32,000 bases of DNA, taken from NCBI RefSeq assembly GCF_001855385.1, contig NZ_MKIE01000001.1, forward strand, positions 365,448 to 397,447, read 5' to 3'. Under the pieces are notes generated by a model. It was not told the origin of the DNA and ran no database searches. It saw only the letters and a list, made by a program, of their open reading frames with translations. Positions 26,060 through 32,000 of this stretch are shown here, piece by piece (the stretch's first letter is position 1; every line of letters begins with the position of its first letter). Made by a program: the position numbers and the translations under genes. This DNA comes from Andreesenia angusta (GTDB taxonomy: Bacteria > Bacillota > Clostridia > Tissierellales > Gottschalkiaceae).

Positions 26060-27274
26060 ATGGATAAATCAAGTTCAACTCAGGATCTAAAGCTTACAAG
26101 AAGCCTTCTGCTTCTTATGGCGCTGACTTCCGGAGTTTCAATAGCAGGCGTAACATATAATCAGCCACTTCTGGAGTACATGGCTTCAAGCTTTTCTGTA
26201 CCCAGGAGCAGCATAGGGCTTGTGTCCACTTTCACCCAGATAGGGTATGGCTGCGGGATGCTATTCATAGTCCCGATGGGAGACATAGTGGAGAGGAAGT
26301 CGCTTATACTCAGGACTCTCTGTTTGTGCATGTTTTCACTTGCCGGACTCAGCCTCTCCATGAACTTCTACTGGCTGCTGGGGGCCAGCTTTCTAGTTGG
26401 GTTTTCCTCTATAATAACACAGCTTCTCGTTCCTCTTGCTGCGTCTCTCTCGGAGCCCGGCAGGCGCGGAAAAGCCATCGGAACTGTGATAAGCGGACTT
26501 ATAACAGGCATAATAGCCGCCAGGCTTGTAAGCGGATTTGTGGGACCTCGCCTTGGCTGGAGGGCTGTCTATATGATTTCCCCTGTCTTTATAGCGCTGC
26601 TGGCTTTCACGCTCAGGAAGTATCTTCCCAGGAGCGCTCCAAGCTCTGACGAAAGCTACTTTGAAATACTGAAGTCAATGGCAGGTGTGCTCAGAACCAA
26701 CCCTGTCGTCAGGTCTTCTTCCATGATAGGTCCATGCCTTTTCGCTTCGTTCCAGCTTTTCTGGACTTCCATAGTCTTTTTCTTGGAGTCTCCAGCATAT
26801 GGCTTTTCAAGTACAAGCTCGGAAATAGCGGGAAGGTTCGGTCTTGTCGGTATAGCCGGAGTCTTCCTTGTACCGATGATGGGTACGCTTAGCGACAGGA
26901 GGACTCCTCGCTTTGCCATAGGCCTGTCAGCTGCACTGGCTTTCTCAGCTTTTTTAATCATGACTGTTTTCGGAGAAAACATATTCGGGCTCGCCCTTGG
27001 TGTGATGATTTTGGACTTTGCGACCAATTCCTCTCAGGTCTCGAATCAGGCCAGGATAAACTCAGTAGAGTCTCCAAGGCAGAGCAGATTCAACTCTGTC
27101 TTTATGTCTATCTACTTTTTTGTAGGTGCCTTGGGCTCATATCTTGGCAGCTTCACTTTTAGCAAATTCGGCTGGACCGGAGTCTGTGCAACTGGACTTG
27201 TGTTTGTATCTATAGCGCTTTTAGCTCACTTCACAATAGGGAGAATAGATTACGCCCCTGATAGTGAATATTGA
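26060..27274 (+). CDS. MFS transporter
   Basis: 12-TM pattern with the MFS loop 2-3 motif GDIVERKS and a second-half repeat GTLSDRRTPR. ATG 26060 follows the SD AAGGAG. Confidence 0.85.
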   Translation: MDKSSSTQDLKLTRSLLLLMALTSGVSIAGVTYNQPLLEYMASSFSVPRSSIGLVSTFTQIGYGCGMLFIVPMGDIVERKSLILRTLCLCMFSLAGLSLSMNFYWLLGASFLVGFSSIITQLLVPLAASLSEPGRRGKAIGTVISGLITGIIAARLVSGFVGPRLGWRAVYMISPVFIALLAFTLRKYLPRSAPSSDESYFEILKSMAGVLRTNPVVRSSSMIGPCLFASFQLFWTSIVFFLESPAYGFSSTSSEIAGRFGLVGIAGVFLVPMMGTLSDRRTPRFAIGLSAALAFSAFLIMTVFGENIFGLALGVMILDFATNSSQVSNQARINSVESPRQSRFNSVFMSIYFFVGALGSYLGSFTFSKFGWTGVCATGLVFVSIALLAHFTIGRIDYAPDSEY

Positions 27275-27285
27275 GCTGAATGACA

Positions 27286-27316
27286 AAGAAGGGCCTGCTG
27301 AAAGCGCAGGCCCTTC
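27286..27316. terminator. Bidirectional terminator between the convergent MFS and EamA genes
   Basis: AGAAGGGCCTGC (27286-27297) pairs with GCAGGCCCTTCT (27305-27316) across a 7-nt loop. Confidence 0.7.
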
Positions 27317-28177
27317 TTATTTTGCTGTATTCTGCTTTAAAAGCTTTTTGGTGTAGAAATTCACAAAGCCGGCCGCAAGTATTGCAACTCCTCCTATCGC
27401 TGTGAGATAGTCTGGCATCTCTGAAAACAGCACTACACCTATTATCATAGAGTAGATTATGTCGGAGTAGGAGTATATTGAGACCTCTGAAGCGTCTGCA
27501 TACCTGTATCCGTAAGTCATAAATATCTGACCTGCCGTGGAAAAGACTCCAAGCCCAATGGCTTTGAGTATATCAAGTCCCCTTGGGACTATCCAGCCTC
27601 CTGAAAAAGCAAACGGAATCATACAGAGGCTCGTTATAAGCGTGAAGTAGAAGACTATTGTCTCTGGACTGTCGCTTTTTCTCAAGTAGCTCACTGTGAC
27701 ATAAGCCATTCCGGCGAACATTGAGGCCATAAGCCCTATCATAGCCGGTGCTATGTTGACGTTGAAAGTGGGCTTTGTGACCAGTCCTGCTCCTACTATT
27801 GCCAGAAAAAGCGCAATTATCTGTCCCTTCCCTATCTTCTCTTTGAGCATAAGCCAAGATAGAAGCACTACAAAGAAAGGCGCAAACTTGTTTATTATGA
27901 CTGCATCCGCCAAGTTCAAGTACTGGATTGAATAGAAATAGGCCGCAACCCCGAGCATCCCAAATACACTTCTAAGCACAAGTAGCTTCCTGTTATTACC
28001 TCTAAGACTTCCCCCGTTCCTCTTTACCATTGCAAAGGCGAACACAAAGCCTAAAAAGTTCCTAAAAAACATCTTCTCAGTGAGAGGATAGTCACCTAGT
28101 GACTTCACTGTAGCCGCCATAAGTGCAAAAAAGAAGGCCGAGAGCATCATCATTATTATTCCCTTTTTTCTGTCCAT
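27317..28177 (-). CDS. DMT superfamily EamA-type transporter
   Basis: 10-TM pattern with duplicated EamA halves. ATG 28177 (MDRKKGIIMMML) follows the SD GAGGTGA. The 37-codon upstream extension of the ORF runs through the promoter and hairpin. Confidence 0.85.
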   Translation of the reverse strand: MDRKKGIIMMMLSAFFFALMAATVKSLGDYPLTEKMFFRNFLGFVFAFAMVKRNGGSLRGNNRKLLVLRSVFGMLGVAAYFYSIQYLNLADAVIINKFAPFFVVLLSWLMLKEKIGKGQIIALFLAIVGAGLVTKPTFNVNIAPAMIGLMASMFAGMAYVTVSYLRKSDSPETIVFYFTLITSLCMIPFAFSGGWIVPRGLDILKAIGLGVFSTAGQIFMTYGYRYADASEVSIYSYSDIIYSMIIGVVLFSEMPDYLTAIGGVAILAAGFVNFYTKKLLKQNTAK

Positions 28178-28198
28178 AATATCACCTCGTCGGTATAC

Positions 28199-28207
28199 AT
28201 TATACCA
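28199..28207 (-). promoter_or_regulatory. Extended -10 promoter element for the EamA transporter gene
   Basis: Minus-strand TGGTATAAT (TGnTATAAT), 21 nt upstream of the ATG and immediately downstream of the hairpin/T-run. Confidence 0.45.
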
Positions 28208-28214
28208 TCTATTA

Positions 28215-28268
28215 CAAAAAATTATAAGGGACGGGTCATCTTGTTGTGATGAAAACCGCCCCTTATAA
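28215..28268 (-). terminator. Long hairpin plus T6, an intrinsic terminator or attenuator-like element between the repeat and the EamA promoter
   Basis: On the minus strand, TTATAAGGGGCGG (28268-28256) pairs with CCGTCCCTTATAA (28234-22), 13 bp including one G-U. An inner TCATC/GATGA 5-bp stem sits within it, and TTTTTT follows (28221-28216). Confidence 0.5.
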
Positions 28269-28303
28269 CAATGCTCTTCTCGATTCACTCATTCAATTAA
28301 ATC

Positions 28304-28434
28304 TCCTTACTTCTTACTTCTTACTTCTTACTTCTTACTTCTTACTTCTTACTTCTTACTTCTTACTTCTTACTTCTTACTTCTTACTTCTTACTTCTTA
28401 CTTCTTACTTCTTACTTCTTACTTCTTACTTCTT
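28304..28434. repeat. Heptanucleotide tandem repeat (TTCTTAC)n on plus, (GTAAGAA)n on minus
   Basis: 17 perfect head-to-tail copies span 28311-28429. They are flanked by imperfect copies TCCTTAC (28304-28310) and TTCTT (28430-34), giving about 18.7 units, and are entirely intergenic. Confidence 0.97.
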
Positions 28435-28625
28435 GTTGCCATAAAACTTTAAAGCCTTTTCCACAAAGGAAACTTCGTTTCGACATCCTTATCTCATCTC
28501 CATAATCTTCTGAAAAGTCTCCTATTGGATATGCACTACTCCAATTTCAACTATCCTAAAAGGAAATGTGCTGCGGGATATCTTGTCTTCCTTTGTTATT
28601 AGTTATATACCCCGCAGTTTTTGCT

Positions 28626-29807
28626 CTAAACAGTTTCTAAAAAAGTTTTTTTATTTTTTCCTATAAGTTTTTCCAGCTTCCCGTCCATAAAAAGCGATAA
28701 GAGCTCTGCGCTTGCCATAGGTATTTTCAATTCCTCGGCCTGCTTAAGCTTTCTAAGCGAACTTCGCATATCGCTTCCATGGTCAAATTCCACTATGAAA
28801 TCATGCCCTTGAATATCCGAAGAGGATTTATCCCCTGCTGACAGATTCCAGTCCAAACTCACTCCAGTGTATCGCTCAATTTTGCCATAAAGCAGTTTAA
28901 CCTTTTCTCTATCTAAATCCTCTTCGGAGCTACAGAAGAGAAATTTCGACTCATGGTCTATGCCTTCAAGTTTATCTATAGAGTCTAGAAAGTAGCGTAG
29001 GCTTCCATTGCCCTTGGAATTTATGGCCGAGACTGCAATCGCCCTTTTCCCGAGAACATCTATATCCACTTTCTCTATTTCACTGTCTTCTATAACAAGC
29101 AACTCGGAATCCTCGATCTCTTTTTCAAATGTAGATATACCTGAGAAGCTAAGAGCTACTCCGCCTGCCAGAGCTTCCTTTAGAATCTGGATATAAAGCG
29201 AATCTCTGTCTCCTGTTTCTAGAGCTTCTCTAGAGGATAGCAAGCATATTCTGTCCCCAGAGTTCGCCAACCCCTCCAGCATATTTTCGGCCTTGACCGC
29301 CTTTGAAAGCTCTTTCTCCATCAATAACTTCAGCATATCTATATCGTCCATGTTTTTTGCAGACATAAATGCAGCCTCTTGGTATCTCTTCTTGTACGTC
29401 TCCAAGGTATCAGGATTCACCTTGTCGGCCTTGTTGAATACAAGTATATGGGGAATACTGTAGCTCTCAAGCTTCTCTGTCAGCTCCAAGTACTGCTTCT
29501 CATCTATATCCTCGCTGTCCATTACGTATATCGCAAGATCCATATAGGCAAGCGTCCCTAGCGTCTTCTGAACCCTCTGAACCCCTACAACTCCAGAGTC
29601 GTCTATTCCCGCAGTGTCTGTAAGCACCACAGTGCCTAGATTCCCAAGCTCGAAAGACTTGCTCACAGGATCTGTTGTAGTCCCCTTCACTTTTGAAACC
29701 ACTGATATATCTTGACCTATTATATTGTTCATAAGTCTGGACTTGCCCGAGCTTCGCTTTCCGTATATACCTACACTGAGCCTGTTTCCCACTGTCTCTC
29801 TGTTCAT
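28626..29807 (-). CDS. HydF-like GTPase lacking the canonical Fe-S cluster cysteine motif
   Basis: G1 GKRSSGKS, G2 GTTTD, G3 DTAG and G4 NKAD are present. The overall length and order match HydF (GTPase, dimerisation and cluster domains). However, CxH is CSS (aa 292-294) and HCxxC is DHGSD (aa 342-346). SD GGAGG lies 7 nt upstream, 20 nt after panD. Confidence 0.8.
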   Translation of the reverse strand: MNRETVGNRLSVGIYGKRSSGKSRLMNNIIGQDISVVSKVKGTTTDPVSKSFELGNLGTVVLTDTAGIDDSGVVGVQRVQKTLGTLAYMDLAIYVMDSEDIDEKQYLELTEKLESYSIPHILVFNKADKVNPDTLETYKKRYQEAAFMSAKNMDDIDMLKLLMEKELSKAVKAENMLEGLANSGDRICLLSSREALETGDRDSLYIQILKEALAGGVALSFSGISTFEKEIEDSELLVIEDSEIEKVDIDVLGKRAIAVSAINSKGNGSLRYFLDSIDKLEGIDHESKFLFCSSEEDLDREKVKLLYGKIERYTGVSLDWNLSAGDKSSSDIQGHDFIVEFDHGSDMRSSLRKLKQAEELKIPMASAELLSLFMDGKLEKLIGKNKKTFLETV

Positions 29808-29827
29808 ACCGTTGCCTCCAGTAAAAG

Positions 29828-30211
29828 CTATTTTATCTCGCCGTGAACTTCTCTGTCCTTTATTTCAGCTATCCTGTTTTTCTCGTCTAAGAATAGAATC
29901 GACGGCTTGAAGCTCTCCGCCTCTTCTCTTGTCATCATGGCGTAGGCTATTATTATCACCTTGTCCCCTGGCTGCACAAGCCTCGCAGCAGCACCGTTTA
30001 CGCATATGACTCCGCTGTTCGGCTCTCCCTCTATGGTGTAGGTCTCAAATCTCTCCCCGTTGTTGTTGTTTACGACCTGAACTTTTTCACCCGGCAGTAT
30101 ATTGGCCGACTTCAGTAGTTCCGAATCTATCGTAATGCTTCCAACGTAGTTCAAGTTGGCCTCTGTGACTACAGCTCTGTGCAGTTTTGATTTAAACATA
30201 GTCAAGTACAT
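29828..30211 (-). CDS. panD: Aspartate 1-decarboxylase
   Basis: [29 protein letters not shown], including the GS self-processing site. Confidence 0.92.
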   Translation of the reverse strand: MYLTMFKSKLHRAVVTEANLNYVGSITIDSELLKSANILPGEKVQVVNNNNGERFETYTIEGEPNSGVICVNGAAARLVQPGDKVIIIAYAMMTREEAESFKPSILFLDEKNRIAEIKDREVHGEIK

Positions 30212-30213
30212 CT

Positions 30214-31065
30214 CTACACCTCCAGTAAGCAGTTGTCTATAAGTCTAGTCTTTCCAAACCTCACAGCCATTGCCATAAGAGCAGGGCCGTTCACTCTTTC
30301 TATATTCCCAAGAGTTCTGCTGTCTAGTATCTCTACGTATTCTACTTCTGCAATAGGGCTCTTTCCGATTTCCTCTAGAGCTATTTCTTTAAGCTTTTCC
30401 ACTCTGTGTTCCCCGCTTTCAAACTCTCTCTGCACTCTCAATATAGATTTGTACAGTACAGTAGCTTCACTTCTCTCCTGCGCTGAAAGGTATACATTTC
30501 TAGAGCTCATTGCAAGCCCATCGCTCTCCCTGAGTATTGGACATCTGACTATCTTCACCGGGAAATTCAGCTCTCTTACCATCTTCTCTATTATAGTCAC
30601 CTGCTGGGCGTCTTTCTGTCCAAAGTAAGCTCTGTCCGCTCCAACTATATTGAACAGCTTAGATACTACAGTCATAACCCCTCTGAAATGACCTGGCCTC
30701 GACTCTCCACACAGTTTTTCACCTATCTCACTTTCCAGGTCTACAAAAACCTCAGCCTTTTCAGGGTACATCTCCTCTACGCTTGGAGCGAACACTATAT
30801 CCCCTCCGCTAGATGAAACTATCTCTATATCCCTGTCTAAATCCCTTGGATAGGTTTCCAAGTCCTCGTTAGGCCCGAACTGGATCGGGTTTACAAATAC
30901 GCTCACAACCACTATGTCGTTTTCCTCTCTGGCCTTTTCTACAAGGGAGGCATGACCTTTGTGAAGGTATCCCATCGTAGGCACAAGCCCCACAGTCTTC
31001 CCATTGTACTCTTTGAGCTTTGCTCTAAGCTCGTCTATGCTCTTTACAACCAATACTTTCTCCAT
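30214..31065 (-). CDS. panC: Pantoate--beta-alanine ligase
   Basis: [14 protein letters not shown] (HIGH-like), [13 protein letters not shown] and FGQKDAQQ motifs. Its ATG overlaps the panB stop (TGATG). Confidence 0.92.
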   Translation of the reverse strand: MEKVLVVKSIDELRAKLKEYNGKTVGLVPTMGYLHKGHASLVEKAREENDIVVVSVFVNPIQFGPNEDLETYPRDLDRDIEIVSSSGGDIVFAPSVEEMYPEKAEVFVDLESEIGEKLCGESRPGHFRGVMTVVSKLFNIVGADRAYFGQKDAQQVTIIEKMVRELNFPVKIVRCPILRESDGLAMSSRNVYLSAQERSEATVLYKSILRVQREFESGEHRVEKLKEIALEEIGKSPIAEVEYVEILDSRTLGNIERVNGPALMAMAVRFGKTRLIDNCLLEV

Positions 31066-31904
31066 CAGTAAATCCTCTCTATCTTCTCTAGTTCTGATTT
31101 TTCCAGCTTGAAAATGTGAACTTCCTCCGGAAATGCCCCAGACTTAACTTCATTATTGTATTCTCTAGCCATGGCCCTTATCTCTTCTCCAAGCTTTCCG
31201 TAACGCTTTACAAACTTGGGATGTATGTCCTCGGTTATTCCAAGCATGTCGTCCACTACCAAGACCTGTCCATCGCAGTGCCTCCCGGCTCCAATACCTA
31301 TAGTCGGTACGCTTACACTGTCTGTCACGTACTTGGCTATCTCCTCAGGAATGCACTCAAGCACTATAGCGAATACACCGGCATCCTGTAGTGAAAGCGC
31401 ATCTTGCAGTAGCTTCTCGCCTGCATCAGCAGATCTCGCCTGGACTTTAAATCCTCCAGTGGCGTTTACCGACTGCGGTGTCAGCCCAAGATGACCCATA
31501 ACCGGTATCTCCGAGTCCACCAGCTTTCTGACAACTTCAACTCTTTCTCTTCCGCCCTCTAGCTTCACGGCGTTTGCCTTTCCTTCTATCATTATCCTGC
31601 CCGCATTTCTGACAGACTCCTCTAAGCTTATGTGATAAGAAAGATATGGCATGTCTGTAACTATGAAAGATCGACTAGCCCCTCTCTTGACACTTCTCGT
31701 ATGGTATACCATGTCGTCTACGGTGACCTCTAACGTGTCCTCGTAGCCCAGCTTGACCATTCCAAGAGAGTCTCCGACTAAGAGTACGTCTACCTCCCCG
31801 TCCAGTAATTTTGCCGTCGGATAGTCATATGCTGTGAGCACCGATATCTTCTCGCCTGTTTTCTTTTTCTCTGCAAAAGATGTGATAGTAAATTTACCTT
31901 CCAC
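31065..31904 (-). CDS. panB: 3-methyl-2-oxobutanoate hydroxymethyltransferase
   Basis: LTAYDY, LVGDSLGMV, VTDMPF/Y, KLEGG and IGIGAG motifs. GTG 31904 lies 6 nt after the SD GAGGTG; the ORF is open to GTG 31913. Confidence 0.9.
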   Translation of the reverse strand: MEGKFTITSFAEKKKTGEKISVLTAYDYPTAKLLDGEVDVLLVGDSLGMVKLGYEDTLEVTVDDMVYHTRSVKRGASRSFIVTDMPYLSYHISLEESVRNAGRIMIEGKANAVKLEGGRERVEVVRKLVDSEIPVMGHLGLTPQSVNATGGFKVQARSADAGEKLLQDALSLQDAGVFAIVLECIPEEIAKYVTDSVSVPTIGIGAGRHCDGQVLVVDDMLGITEDIHPKFVKRYGKLGEEIRAMAREYNNEVKSGAFPEEVHIFKLEKSELEKIERIY

Positions 31905-32000
31905 TCTTTCCACCTCGATTTCATTTTAAAAGTAGTTGAGTATATCTCCTAAACTCAGGATGATATCACAACTATATTTTATCATATTCTGTATACATAT

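Noticed and set aside
28178-28288. A 37-codon N-terminal extension of the EamA transporter ORF (GTG at 28288).
   Set aside because: The extension runs through the terminator-like hairpin, the T-run and the TGGTATAAT -10 element, and has no transporter-like sequence. ATG 28177 has a proper GAGGTGA SD and begins the first TM helix.
28304-28434. The tandem repeat as a CRISPR array or as TRAP/HutP/CsrA-type protein-binding triplet repeats.
   Set aside because: The units are contiguous 7-mers with no spacers and no cas genes, so it is not CRISPR. The RNA would lack the (G/U)AG triplets with 2-3 nt spacers needed for TRAP, the UAG-N4 pattern of HutP, and the GGA motifs of CsrA.
28246-28452. A 68-aa plus-strand ORF encoding (LLTSYFL)n, which could be read as a repeat protein or lipoprotein-like peptide.
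   Set aside because: It is simply the translation of the heptanucleotide repeat (7 nt x 3 = a 7-aa period). It has no SD, its start lies inside the EamA promoter/hairpin region on the opposite strand, and its composition is purely repeat-driven.
28626-29807. Annotating the GTPase as a bona fide [FeFe]-hydrogenase maturase HydF.
   Set aside because: Two of the three cluster-ligating cysteines and the CxH histidine are substituted, and no hydE, hydG or hydA gene is in the neighbourhood. It is called HydF-like only.
1-32000. Prophage, integrative element, transposon or classical defence island signatures.
   Set aside because: There is no integrase, recombinase, transposase, tRNA attachment site, terminal inverted or direct repeats, restriction-modification, Cas, toxin-antitoxin or phage structural gene. 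The composition and SD style look uniform by eye across the window.

Overview
This is a chromosomal, mostly housekeeping segment of a low-GC Gram-positive, Clostridia-like genome. Supporting signs are GGAGG-type Shine-Dalgarno sites, an SLH-domain surface protein and several TTG/GTG starts. I call 33 CDS in tightly packed co-directional blocks. I see no rRNA, tRNA, CRISPR array, integrase or transposase. Recognisable units are panB-panC-panD, bioF-bioH-bioC-bioD-bioA with a BirA-type operator, ilvE, and several DNA base-damage repair genes (xth, ung, ogt, nfo). There are also several transporters and an SLH-anchored phosphodiester-glycosidase surface protein. The best candidate for something undescribed is an 845-aa protein (8232-10769, minus strand). 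It fuses an apparently kinase-dead ribokinase/PfkB-like module, an intact AAA+ ATPase and a tandem RyR domain. It is translationally coupled into a gloA-X-xth-GNAT-ung-MBL operon. Other points worth a second look: a HydF-like GTPase that has lost the Fe-S cysteine ligands and is co-transcribed with panBCD; a perfect 17-copy (about 18.7 with flanks) heptanucleotide tandem repeat in the long intergenic region upstream of an EamA transporter, followed by a mini-ORF and a strong hairpin; an ABC-F protein whose second nucleotide-binding domain has a degenerate Walker A and a natural Glu-to-Gln Walker B; and an orphan complex-I/Mrp antiporter-like subunit. All domain calls come from reading motifs in the translations by eye. 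No database or structure search was possible.
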